In this document: in pieces, positions 50,634 to 60,038 of the stretch | Position numbering within the stretch: the first letter of the stretch is position 1 | Layout: each line of letters opens with the position of its first letter | NCBI GenBank assembly: GCA_001464715.1 | Contig: LNDT01000029.1 | Location: forward strand, 1,313 to 65,312 | Direction of reading: 5' to 3' | Length of the DNA stretch: 64,000 bases | Source: Bdellovibrionales bacterium Ga0074137 | Lineage (GTDB): Bacteria > Bdellovibrionota > Bdellovibrionia > Bdellovibrionales > JAMPXM01 | Made by a program: the position numbers and the translations under genes | The notes under the pieces: model-generated | Told to the model about the DNA's origin: nothing | Seen by the model: only the letters and a program-made list of their open reading frames with translations | Databases searched by the model: none

Positions 50634-51664
50634 ACGCGAAACCAAACGCTGAGATCACCATAGCTAAATAGCCGGAACTTTTGTTCGATCGCGTGGGCGT
50701 AGACCCGGCGTACATGCTCGAGATTTGAAAACGCTGCCACCAGGGCAAAAAGCGTCGAGCGCGGCTGATGAAAGTTAGTAAGTAAAACGTCAACCACCCG
50801 CCACACGTGACCGGGCCGAATCAAAAGCGACGTCTCGCCGTGAAGATCACCATTTAGACTTTCTGAAAAATGTCCCAGCGCCATCGCCTCAAGAGTTCTT
50901 GTCACTGTGGTCCCCACCGCAATGACTCGTCCGCCCCGGGTTTTGGTTTCCTCGATTTTTTTTCTTGTGACCGCAGGAACTTCGGCCACCTCAGCGTGCA
51001 TGACGTGATCGTCCAGATGATCCACAGTCACCGGCAGAAAAGTTCCAAGCCCCACATGAAGCGTGACGGTAGCAATCTCGACACCACAGGCTTTCAAATC
51101 GTCCACAAAAGTTTGATCAAAATGAAAGCTCGCCGTGGGCGCCGCAAGACTTCCACCGGTCTTCGCCCACAAGGACTGATACTCGTGATCGTCGTCGGTT
51201 CTTGTGTGCCGCTCACCCCGCGCTTTTTGTATGTAAGGTGGAAGCGGAAGTTCGCCGGCGTGCTCGAAAAAATCCTCGGCGAGAGGCTCGGACGCTCGAA
51301 GCTTTTGCGGGCGACCGCGCTCTATGAGCTCAAAACTCACCGTTCCGACTGTTTGCTTTGTGCCCTGCTTCCAGCGGCTGGATGGACACAGAACTTCCCA
51401 GTCCGTGAAGCCAGCGGTGTTTCCGTCGGGATTCGACACCACCGGCTTTATAAAGAGTATTTCGAGCCCCTCTTTCGTGAACACGCGGCGCTTAAGAACT
51501 TTAGTTTCATTCACGACCCAAAGATCGCCCGGACTAAAAAGCTTCAGGAGTTCAGCGCGTGTGATTTCACGGGGTTTTTCGGCCAGCAAAATGCGGCTCG
51601 GCGACACGCGTTCCGTCGCGACCAGGTCTTCGGGGTAATAAAAATCGAGCTCTGATATTTTCAC
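50630..51664 (-). CDS. queA: SAM:tRNA ribosyltransferase-isomerase
   Basis: 'PLPPYI', 'AAPTA', 'TLHVGLGTF', 'AVGTT', 'TNFH.PRSTL', 'FSYGD'. Confidence 0.97.
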   Translation of the reverse strand: MKISELDFYYPEDLVATERVSPSRILLAEKPREITRAELLKLFSPGDLWVVNETKVLKRRVFTKEGLEILFIKPVVSNPDGNTAGFTDWEVLCPSSRWKQGTKQTVGTVSFELIERGRPQKLRASEPLAEDFFEHAGELPLPPYIQKARGERHTRTDDDHEYQSLWAKTGGSLAAPTASFHFDQTFVDDLKACGVEIATVTLHVGLGTFLPVTVDHLDDHVMHAEVAEVPAVTRKKIEETKTRGGRVIAVGTTVTRTLEAMALGHFSESLNGDLHGETSLLIRPGHVWRVVDVLLTNFHQPRSTLFALVAAFSNLEHVRRVYAHAIEQKFRLFSYGDLSVWFRV

Positions 51665-51683
51665 GTGACCGTGGGTCTAGCAC

Positions 51684-51721
51684 AAAAAAAACGCCGCGGT
51701 CTTGCTCTAAAGACCGCGGCG
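51684..51721 (-). terminator. Intrinsic terminator
   Basis: 12-bp stem CGCCGCGGTCTT/AAGACCGCGGCG followed by T8 on the minus strand. Confidence 0.85.
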
Positions 51722-51756
51722 CCACCACCACACCAAACCCACATCCGGGGAAAACC

Positions 51757-51888
51757 CTAATTTCGACTCTGATCGCGACGCACTTTCACCGGGGCCCCCT
51801 GTCTCGATCCGCCAGATCGGCGAATCACCCATGCCCCCATCAAAAGATACGTCGCGCTCACTAAAAACAAGAACAGCACATCGGTCAT
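51757..51888 (-). CDS. 43-aa single-TM small protein (absent from the ORF track)
   Basis: MTDVLFLFLVSATYLLMGAWVIRRSGGSRQGAPVKVRRDQSRN; ATGA overlap with the upstream gene, GAGGG RBS, followed by a terminator. Confidence 0.6.
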   Translation of the reverse strand: MTDVLFLFLVSATYLLMGAWVIRRSGGSRQGAPVKVRRDQSRN

Positions 51889-52184
51889 GACGCCCTCTTT
51901 AGCCGCGCTCTCACTAACGCCGCGGGAACCACGGCCCTCGCCATGGCCTCGACCGAGGATCCTACCGCTTTAGGTTCGGACCCGCGAAGTGCGGCTTCAA
52001 GTTCGGCTAGCTCTTGAGCCGCCTCGGCCAAGATCACTTGCCGAGACCACCGATCGGTCTCGGTTTTAAGAAGCTCGGCCAGCTCTTTTAATGTCTCGAC
52101 CCCCACACTCCCTTTTCCAAACCGCTCCATGGTGCCCCTCTTTTGGCCCCGCTTCCGTGCTGGACCTTCTGCTGATTCAGACAC
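51885..52184 (-). CDS. Small helical hypothetical protein
   Basis: 99-aa ORF; the true start may be the internal MERFG; divergent from the tRNA. Confidence 0.55.
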   Translation of the reverse strand: MSESAEGPARKRGQKRGTMERFGKGSVGVETLKELAELLKTETDRWSRQVILAEAAQELAELEAALRGSEPKAVGSSVEAMARAVVPAALVRARLKRAS

Positions 52185-52293
52185 CCACGGTCACCAAACC
52201 GGTTAAAGACTCGGGTAGCAGCGAGGTTAAGATCCCAAAACTTAGGCATAAAAAGCCAGCCAGGCGCTCATTCGGCTCGACTTTTCGAGCCAC

Positions 52294-52322
52294 TTGACAG
52301 GAGCTTCGGCCGCCGCGATAGT
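52294..52322 (+). promoter_or_regulatory. Sigma70-type promoter of tRNA-Leu
   Basis: TTGACA-N17-GATAGT, 24 nt upstream of the tRNA. Confidence 0.7.
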
Positions 52323-52346
52323 CACGGGCTCACGTAAACCAAATGA

Positions 52347-52433
52347 GCGCGAGTGGCGAAATTGGTAGACGCACCAGCTTGAGGTGCTGGCGGCCGCAAG
52401 GTCATGGAAGTTCAAGTCTTCTCTCGCGCACCA
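52347..52433 (+). tRNA. tRNA-Leu(GAG)
   Basis: Acceptor stem GCGCGAG/CTCGCGC, D-loop TGGTAGA, anticodon arm CCAGC-TTGAGGT-GCTGG, long variable arm, TTCAAGT T-loop, encoded CCA. Confidence 0.98.
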
Positions 52434-54099
52434 ACTGTCAAAGTATTCGAACTAAAATAACTAGATTTTTTTACTCGGGAGGCCTCAAGACTCCCGATTT
52501 TTTTTGTCCCATGGAGGTCGCTGTTTTCAGGCTGTTCGGCCGTCCGATAGTGGTCGGCATCTACAATAAAATGAATGACGACGGTCGTCGGGCTTACGTC
52601 GATACGGCGGACAAACTTTCGAATCATTTGTTTGGCCTGGTTTACATTTTCCGGTCGCAAAACCACTTCTCGATAGCGACGCGCAAAATCGGCGAAGTTC
52701 TCCATTCCCACGACTCGATCAGCCCCAATCCCACCCTCTGCCTTTAAATCCATGAGTGCCGAATCATGATCTGCTTTCAAGCCCTGAAGACTCTCGAGCT
52801 GTTTATAGATTGGACCTGCCGAAACCTCTTTTGGAAGCTCGGGTTCAGCCCCATAATCTTGCTGTTGAGTCGTTCCATCTCTTTTCGACCGGGATTGGAC
52901 TCATAGTGTTCGCGCACTTTTGCAAAAATCCTTTTGGCGAGACGCTCGTCGACCATGAACTCGTTGATCTTTTCGACCACAAAAGGCTCGAGTTTTTTTG
53001 ATGGCACGCGGTGTGGGTCACAGTGAAATAGCTTCTTCGAGAGTGTCGAATCACGTTTTGTCGCCCAAGCGTGCTCGTAATAACCGAACTTTCCATTGCA
53101 GCCATGAGCCGATTTGCCAACCATAACACTTCCGCATTTTTTGCAGTGAACAAGTCCCGAGAATAGGTACGGCATTTTCCCGTCTTTATGCGGCTTTAGG
53201 CGACGAAAATTAGATTCGAGCATTTGATCGGCACGACGAAAACTGACCTCATCAACAATCGCGGGCCATACTGCTTTCGCCTCTTTCATTTCGCCACGAT
53301 GCGAATAAATCTTTCGTCCAATGTACGCTTGGTTGCGAATCATCTTCTGAAGATTGTCGATCGTGAAAAAACCCATTCGCCGAAAGTTCCCGCCGCCCTC
53401 GGTTTCTCGTTTCAACGTATATCCGTTGCTATTGAGCCATGTCGCCGCTGCGGCTAATGAACCTTCACGCAAAAAAGCAGTGAAAGCAGTACGAACCGTT
53501 GCCGCCATTTCTTCATCAACTTCTAGAAACCCTCGACGGTCGGGAATCGTTCGGTATCCAACGGGCACCGTGCCTCCGTTATAAAGTCCCCGAGCAGCGC
53601 GAGCTGCAACGTTGGCTTCGACACGTTCTGAAGTTTGTTTTCGTTCAAACTGTGCCAGGTTCATCATCTGGAAGAGAACCATTTCGCCCGCTGCCGTCGT
53701 CGTGTCGAAATCTTCCCGCAATGAAGAAAACCGACAACCGTGCGCCCGCATCATGTCCCACATCTCAATGAAGTCTTTGATGTTGCGAGAAAGCCGCGAG
53801 ATTTCCGTCACCATGATGAGATCGATCTCGCCAGTGCGAACTGCACGCAGAAGTTCGATAAGCTTTGGCCGCTTCATGTTTTTAGCCGAAATCCCGGCGT
53901 CGACGTAAACGCCTTTGATTTCTCCAAAGGTGCCCATGCGGTTTTTGTATTCGACAGCCTGCCGCAGGCGATCTTCTTGATTCCGAATGGAACCTTCGGG
54001 ATTCTCGGCCTGTTCTTCTGTGCTGACGCGAATGTAGAGCGCAATCTTGAATGATTGCGTTTTCGACAAGGATTTATAGTGTAACGCTTTTTTAGACAT
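52412..54099 (-). pseudogene. Large serine recombinase (integrase), frameshifted near 52841
   Basis: 'LYIRVSTEEQ', 'YVDAGISA', 'SRLSR', 'AQFERKQTSER', recombinase domain, 'CKKCG' zinc ribbon. The coiled coil continues in a second frame (ELPKEVSAGPIYKQLESLQGLKAD...) to 52412. Confidence 0.88.
52475..52505 (+). terminator. Terminator downstream of tRNA-Leu, antisense within the recombinase tail
   Basis: TCGGGAG-N9-CTCCCGA followed by T8. Confidence 0.7.
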
Positions 54100-54286
54100 C
54101 GGTACCCGTACTTTCTGCCGTATTCGGCGATGAAGTTCCGGGAACCAAAATGTCTTTCTCGTGGAGCTGGCAGAGATGACGATACACCATCTCTGCCCAC
54201 TCATCAAGAATTCGATCAAACTCTTCTGGACTCACCGTCACGAAATCGACTTCAACCGTTTCCGGTTTCCAAGGAGACTGTTTCAT
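54092..54286 (-). CDS. 64-aa protein directly upstream of the recombinase
   Basis: GAGGAG RBS before MKQSPW; overlaps the recombinase start by 8 nt. Confidence 0.6.
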   Translation of the reverse strand: MKQSPWKPETVEVDFVTVSPEEFDRILDEWAEMVYRHLCQLHEKDILVPGTSSPNTAESTGTDV

Positions 54287-54299
54287 TGACCGAACTCCT

Positions 54300-54749
54300 C
54301 TAGTGTTGTTTTTCCGGTTTAGGTTTCCTGCGCGAAACTCTGTGCGTTGGTGATTTGACCGCATCTGTTCCGGACGAACGTTTTGGTTTCAGAAGTGAAA
54401 CACTTTGCAATTCGGATTGAAGCTCTTCGACGCGCGGAAGGTCGTCGCGTGCAAGAGCCGTCTTAATTTCGTGCGCAAGCCATGTGACATGGCGGCCGGG
54501 TTCATAGTGATCACCCCTAATCTGCGTGAGTTCCTTCGGATCGAATGCGTCCTTGCGATTTCTAATCAGGAAGTTCACGACGTCAGATTTCGTGAGCGAT
54601 AAAAACCCGCGAGAGGATTCGTTCACTTGTTTAAGCCACGAATCGAGCCGACCACTCTCTTCCGGTCCGAGCGTCACGCGGTCGATTGATTTTCCTGGCG
54701 AAGACTTGCCGACAGCTACTGCGGCTGAAGATTCGTCTACCGGCTCCAT
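54300..54749 (-). CDS. Hypothetical protein, possibly DNA-binding
   Basis: 149 aa, AAGGAG RBS; 'RVTL..LDSWL..LTKSDVVNFLI' is reminiscent of a ribbon-helix-helix domain. Confidence 0.6.
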   Translation of the reverse strand: MEPVDESSAAVAVGKSSPGKSIDRVTLGPEESGRLDSWLKQVNESSRGFLSLTKSDVVNFLIRNRKDAFDPKELTQIRGDHYEPGRHVTWLAHEIKTALARDDLPRVEELQSELQSVSLLKPKRSSGTDAVKSPTHRVSRRKPKPEKQH

Positions 54750-54961
54750 GTCGTCTCCTTTTCAATGCGATACATGTAATGACCTTCAACCCATTCGCCA
54801 CCGCCGTTGCGTAGTTCCGACGGAATCCAAATCTTCCGGACGACGGGTTTCAAAAGTTTCGGCGGTTCCGCCTTCGACTTTTCAGAATCATTTTTTGTCG
54901 CGAGTGTCGTACAACCAGAAAGCACGCAAAGAAACGCAAGCAGCAGACAATGCTTCATCAT
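54737..54961 (-). CDS. TraV/VirB7-like T4SS lipoprotein
   Basis: Lipobox LSG-C; 'PVVRKIWIP....GEWVEGHYMY' resembles the TraV C-terminus. Confidence 0.7.
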   Translation of the reverse strand: MMKHCLLLAFLCVLSGCTTLATKNDSEKSKAEPPKLLKPVVRKIWIPSELRNGGGEWVEGHYMYRIEKETTWSR

Positions 54962-55122
54962 AAAGACTCCTTTTTAATTTCGAATTTCGATTTTCCGAAC
55001 GGACGCAATGTATTGAGAGACGGGAGAATGGAGCGGAGACGGATACAGCGAGGAATGGAGATTTGTGAGCGAGCGAGACAGAGGGGTAGTCAGTTAGTAA
55101 ATGTACCCGCGCGGCGAAACGT

Positions 55123-56031
55123 CTAAGTACGCTTTTTTCCTAGAACTTTTCGCGTGTCGTAATGCACGGTAACGCTCGATTGTCCCCACGTTTGCCCGAC
55201 ATGTTTCCCGTAAGTGTCCCCACATATTGCCTGCATATTCTCGCGGAACGTGCCGACGTTATCTGAACACTCGTTGGTAACTGGCGCATTCCATCCGGCA
55301 CTGATGTAATCTTCCATGTCGATAAAGAAATGGAAATTTTGGGTGTTTTCGCGCACACAGGTTCTTGCGCGAAGAATCTGAACCTTCACCAGTGGATCGC
55401 CGATCAGCCAATACACTCGATCGATCTGTTTCATCATCTGATAAAACCTGAGTGTCGATTCGTACGTCGCAAGTGCCTTCGGCCAAATTTCTGCTTCAAA
55501 CGCGAGAAGCCAATTTTTACTCTCGGATCGGATTCGCGTGTAGCCGTCTGGCCGATGCAATTTTGAGGCTGGCAACCAATCTGGATAATTTTCCACCGAA
55601 CGCCTGCGCATTTCCTGCTCGGTGAAGTGAGTTACAATCGGAAGTTGGTGCGTTGCCCATTCGCCCAATTGCAAAGCTATCACGTTTCGATCATGCCACA
55701 AATGTTCTGAACCGAAACCTTCCTCGCAGAGTTCTCCAAGCGATGGTCGAATCGCGCTAAAACCTCGATCCGTCAAAATCCACGCCTTGAAATTCTGCTC
55801 AACGGCTTCAGCGGTCGTGATAAACTTATACCGCGCCAATCGCTCGAGCGCTTTATAAGTTGAATAAGGTGTCAGGGGTCGACCAACCGCTTCATGAACT
55901 GTTGCCGTGGAGGCGAGTTTCCACTTCCAAAGAAAATGAAGAATCTTGCTGTCGCGATCGGTGAAGAGTCGTCCGCAGCCCTTTCGCCCAAGGTTTCGCG
56001 TAAGGCTCAATAGGTCTTGATTCACTTGCAT
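55123..56031 (-). CDS. Replication-relaxation family protein (MOBC-like relaxase)
   Basis: N-terminal wHTH 'TDRDSKILHFL', 'HLWHD', 'RPDG...AFEAE' (D..ExE nuclease motif). Confidence 0.78.
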   Translation of the reverse strand: MQVNQDLLSLTRNLGRKGCGRLFTDRDSKILHFLWKWKLASTATVHEAVGRPLTPYSTYKALERLARYKFITTAEAVEQNFKAWILTDRGFSAIRPSLGELCEEGFGSEHLWHDRNVIALQLGEWATHQLPIVTHFTEQEMRRRSVENYPDWLPASKLHRPDGYTRIRSESKNWLLAFEAEIWPKALATYESTLRFYQMMKQIDRVYWLIGDPLVKVQILRARTCVRENTQNFHFFIDMEDYISAGWNAPVTNECSDNVGTFRENMQAICGDTYGKHVGQTWGQSSVTVHYDTRKVLGKKRT

Positions 56032-56051
56032 TTAGTTTTCTCCCGTTTCGG

Positions 56052-57339
56052 CTAGGCGAAGAGATACGTTTGAACTTCTTCGAGCTTCGGCCCGAACTTC
56101 CAAACGGCTCGACCCTTGATGTAAGGATTGATCTCAAACGCGCGCTTCGTACCGAGCGCCGACACACTTGAAACTTGGTTTGGCATCGGGAAGCAAAGCA
56201 CGCCTGGCAAATTCGATTTAACCGTCTGATCAAAACTTGAAGCGTCTGGTTTCTGAGTCGCAACAATAAGGTGAACGCCAGCCGCTCGTCCCTGGCGTGC
56301 GATGCGATTGACGGCGGCCCGTGCGTCGTTTTGCAACTCTTTGTCGACTTCTCCGTCTCGCGCATAGAGCTGGGCGATCTCGTCAACAATGATGAACGTT
56401 CGACGGATTTCTTCAAGGCGTCCTTCGGTCAAATCCCCTTTGTACCCGACTTGTTTCTTTCGATACTCGTCGAGGTTTGAAACGCCGACCGTCGATAGCG
56501 CCTTGAACCGTGGCTCAAGGCTTGCGCCGATTGATACGAGAAATTCGATGCTGCGCTTTGCGCCATCAATACACGACACGTTGTTACCGAGATTTTTCGC
56601 GTGGTTTCGAATATCGGCCGACTCCATGCCGCCTTTGAAGTCGAGGAAAAACACGTCCGACTCTGGGTTATTCAACGTCAAAACCGTCGTCGCAACCTTT
56701 AGAAAGTTCGACTTTCCGCCGCCGGTTTGTCCTGCGACAAGAATGTGACCGACATCTCGCATGTTGATGTGGATCGTACCTTCGTGCGAATGACCAATCG
56801 GAATTTATTTCGATTTTGCTTTTGTCATTTTCGTCTTGATGAAGTTTAACGACAGTCACGTTTAAGACTGATTCAATTCGCTTAATCTCTTTTTCGAAAT
56901 CCGCTTTCGGAATGCCATGACAGAGGAGCCGAAGCTTGCGAACGTAATCGTCAACTCGAAGATCTTCGATCAACGATGGAAGTCGTCCGTTACATTTTAG
57001 ATTCGCTGCGCTGAACGCATCCTTGAGGCGATTCAAAAGCCGGTTTCGTGCTCCTGCTCGCGCAACACCCCACAAGACCCAACCAGAAATGAGGCTTGCA
57101 TAGGTAAGGAAGAGGCGAAGCGAACCACCAAGCCGAAACTTTAAACCCAAACTTCCCAATATCCACGAGTCCAACCGAAAGTAGAAAACCAAGGCCAATA
57201 ACAGCCCCGCATAACAAGTCTTGGCCGGAACACGATTGTTGAGAATGCCTGAAGCAATCTCTTCAGCCGCCGCCCATAAGAATCGTCCAACTGACACCGC
57301 GATGTCCGCGAAGTCTCGATTTTTCCTTTGATACTCCAT
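56052..57339 (-). pseudogene. FtsK/SpoIIIE (TcpA-like) membrane ATPase split by a frameshift near 56805
   Basis: N-terminal TM part in 56668-57339; ATPase part with GQTGGGKS, 'IIVDE', 'RQGRAAGVHLIVATQKP'. The ATPase frame opens at IPIGHS just after an in-frame TAA at 56805-56807. Confidence 0.82.
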
Positions 57340-57342
57340 ATA

Positions 57343-58254
57343 CTATTTTTCCTCTCGTTTTGGTTCGTCGATAATTAAGTAAAACTCAGTTCCTCGTTTT
57401 ACTTCGATGATGTTTGGTGAAGACTTCATCTCTTCCATCAGACTCTGGCTTTGCTCGAGCGCGGCTTTCGACGCACCCGAAAACGCCGCATCTCGCATCG
57501 ACTTTTTCTCGGGCGCGCCCCACAAGTTCGAACCACTCGAATTTGTTTGAAGTCCGTCTGCCATTCCGCCTAAGACTCCGAAACCGATTGCCATGCCCAT
57601 CTTTTTCGATCGTGCTCCGACGAACGCGCCTTTAAGCCCTAAAATTTTGTCCTCAACATCAAAGGCCTGACCAAGAATTCGAAATGATTCACCACTTGGA
57701 AAAATGGCTCGATCAAACTGAACAAAGAGCCGCTCTTCCGTCGACTTTCCTCGGCCAAAAAGCGTTGTCCGTTCGGGAAAAAGTATTTCGCCATCCACCT
57801 TAAGAGCAGATAGAAGGCGCGCTTTGACGACTCCATTGGAGGCGCCACTTTCGAGAATCGCTCTTGCCTCTGAACCAACTGGTATGTCAGATGCACGACT
57901 CAAATTGACGACTCGAATCCCACCAGCGATGCCGGTCGACGACCTGGCCCGTGTGATTCGATTCAAAGGTTCTCGCCCATTCAAAAATGGTGCATCGACA
58001 ATCGGTAGATCCTGTATGATCCCCGGCACACTCATCTCTTGGCCGCGTAGGTCGCTAAAATCTTTTTTGCCCGAAAATAGAAACGTGAAGATGCCAATCA
58101 CGATTGCAATCGGCAGCGCCACTGCTTTTAAGGCGGCCGTACTCACTGTTTCTTTAAGTCCATTCCATGTTCGAAAATAGGCTGCATGACCCCAGCGAAA
58201 AGCTCGACCTTCCCTTTGGATAAATACTTCCGCCTGCGGTTGATTTTCATTCAT
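57343..58254 (-). CDS. VirB10/TraB-like T4SS core protein
   Basis: TM helix, 'IPVGSEARAIL', 'RLFVQFD', 'DKILGLKG', 'IIEVKRGTEF'. Confidence 0.78.
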   Translation of the reverse strand: MNENQPQAEVFIQREGRAFRWGHAAYFRTWNGLKETVSTAALKAVALPIAIVIGIFTFLFSGKKDFSDLRGQEMSVPGIIQDLPIVDAPFLNGREPLNRITRARSSTGIAGGIRVVNLSRASDIPVGSEARAILESGASNGVVKARLLSALKVDGEILFPERTTLFGRGKSTEERLFVQFDRAIFPSGESFRILGQAFDVEDKILGLKGAFVGARSKKMGMAIGFGVLGGMADGLQTNSSGSNLWGAPEKKSMRDAAFSGASKAALEQSQSLMEEMKSSPNIIEVKRGTEFYLIIDEPKREEK

Positions 58255-58624
58255 GGAACTTCACCTCGTATTGGGAGTCTTTCGGATCTCTCACGATCAA
58301 TATGTCGTCGCCGAGGCTTTGCACCGTGATCAGATCGAACGCGCATCTGCGATTTTCCAGATAAACAACCACGTTGGTTCGGCCTGTCGAATGAAGTGCG
58401 CTTATCAGCAAATCGTTCCTGATCTGTTTGAAATCAAAAATCGCCGCACCCGGTACGACTTCTTTCGGCTTAAATGGAAAGTTCAGAGTCGTGATTCGGC
58501 CGCGCGCGATTCGCACAGCACGCGTTTGCTTGTCGTCACATTGGATTGTTTTTTCTTTCTCGCCTCGTCCAAGACTGGTTCCGACCCAAAAGATGCAAAA
58601 GAAAACCAGTAGCGCGTACCTCAT
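58247..58624 (-). CDS. VirB9/TraK-like secreted T4SS protein
   Basis: Signal peptide, 'VRIARGRITTLNFP', 'TNVVV'; position in the cluster. Confidence 0.6.
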   Translation of the reverse strand: MRYALLVFFCIFWVGTSLGRGEKEKTIQCDDKQTRAVRIARGRITTLNFPFKPKEVVPGAAIFDFKQIRNDLLISALHSTGRTNVVVYLENRRCAFDLITVQSLGDDILIVRDPKDSQYEVKFHE

Positions 58625-59163
58625 CGACGAACCTCCTTGGAATCAATTGCAACGGCGTCGTTCAGCCTTAAGCCGTATGGATTGAGTTCAGTCGGATCGA
58701 TTTCTTCGAATGTCACTTTGACCACCGTCTTCAATGCCGAACGGATTTCGCCAATGGCCAGGACGCGATCAAAATCGATTGTCGCCGCATCCTTATTTAC
58801 GACCGCTTTGCGAAAGACCGTGGCTTGCGTGAGGCCGCGCGTTTTCATTTCTCGCTGTTCGGTTTCACGAATCTCGGTTTGCCGTTTTGAAATGAAAACG
58901 TCCGGCGCTAGAGCTGCGGAGTCGAAACGAGCCTTTAGCATCAGCTTTAGCGCCAGTTCGATATCGTGTTCAGTTCGATTCAGTGGTGTCATGCGAACAA
59001 TTTCTAGGCCGCGACTTGATCGCTCGACGATCGCCGGTTCTTTGTCGTGCAGAAAAAGAACGGCGAGCGACAAGAGCATGTCGGCTAAGATCAAGACTTT
59101 GACCACCGTTCGAAGAAACCCATTTTCTTTTGATAGCGAATCTACTGTCGATGAAAATTTCAT
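58621..59163 (-). CDS. VirB8/TraE-like bitopic protein
   Basis: Single TM helix; C-terminal 'NPYGL' motif. Confidence 0.72.
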   Translation of the reverse strand: MKFSSTVDSLSKENGFLRTVVKVLILADMLLSLAVLFLHDKEPAIVERSSRGLEIVRMTPLNRTEHDIELALKLMLKARFDSAALAPDVFISKRQTEIRETEQREMKTRGLTQATVFRKAVVNKDAATIDFDRVLAIGEIRSALKTVVKVTFEEIDPTELNPYGLRLNDAVAIDSKEVRR

Positions 59164-59197
59164 TTGCAGTACCTCCTTGAATCTATATTGTTAGAAT

Positions 59198-60037
59198 TTA
59201 CTTTTCGTCCGAGGCGAGACCTTTGACGAATCCTTTGGCCGAGCGTATGGGAGTCGCTGCGAGTCCGGTGATTCCTGGCGGGGTCATGGCAACTGCTCCC
59301 AAAATCACACCGCCGAGGGCCGCCGCCCCAGAATGCAGGCCGCCGCGCAGAAGTTTGCCAACAACGAGAGGGGTCACAACGACTGAAAATGCGAGCAGAA
59401 CATTCAGCAAAATAGCCGTTAGAAAATCGACGTCATACTCAGGTCGATTGATCTCGGACAGCGCGAAGCTCCAAAGAAGTGCTGCCAAAACACTCCACGT
59501 CACCTTCCAACACGACACTTCAATGAGCGATTGAAATAGACCCTTCGTTGCGTGCGCTGTCGACGGCAACACAAAGGCCGCGATCAACAGCGGCGAAAAA
59601 ATATAGAGCAGAGTCCACGTGAAAAGAAAAAGCGTGTCGGCCATATAGACGCTTATGTAGAGCAGAAAAAAGGTCAGATTGCTGATAAGCAGCAATACCG
59701 AGTCTTTCACCGAGACCCAAGACCACGTCAGTGTTTCGATCTTGTCACCAAGGCGACCAAGCACGAGTTTGAAATTCGTGAGTTGGCCGACTTCGCGAGC
59801 GACCGCATCGGTGATGTCGGCGATCGTGTTCATGATCTCGGGTAAAGCTACCAGCAAAAATGCCGCAATAGTCGCGCGCCCAACAAGGCTCAAAAATTCT
59901 GGTACCTGACCTAACGGCATTCGGAAATAGTTGATAACAACGCCGAGAAGTAAAAGGCTCAGAATGATGCTATAGAAGAGACTCGCAAAAATCGCGTGAA
60001 TCTGTTTCGCCTCGCTCGCTAGCCATGTCATATCCAT
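59198..60037 (-). CDS. VirB6/TrbL-like polytopic membrane protein
   Basis: Multiple TM helices, 'SPLLIAAFVLPST', Gly/Ala tail; position in the cluster. Confidence 0.72.
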   Translation of the reverse strand: MDMTWLASEAKQIHAIFASLFYSIILSLLLLGVVINYFRMPLGQVPEFLSLVGRATIAAFLLVALPEIMNTIADITDAVAREVGQLTNFKLVLGRLGDKIETLTWSWVSVKDSVLLLISNLTFFLLYISVYMADTLFLFTWTLLYIFSPLLIAAFVLPSTAHATKGLFQSLIEVSCWKVTWSVLAALLWSFALSEINRPEYDVDFLTAILLNVLLAFSVVVTPLVVGKLLRGGLHSGAAALGGVILGAVAMTPPGITGLAATPIRSAKGFVKGLASDEK

Positions 60038-60038
60038 A

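Noticed and set aside
50870-51655. Long antisense ORFs (also 61281-62057, 42765-43436, 23910-24605, 7417-8046)
   Set aside because: They are shadow frames opposite well-supported genes and show no recognisable motifs.
51665-51756. preQ1 riboswitch or attenuator upstream of queA
   Set aside because: No preQ1 consensus is recognisable; the hairpin is explained as the terminator of the upstream mini-operon.
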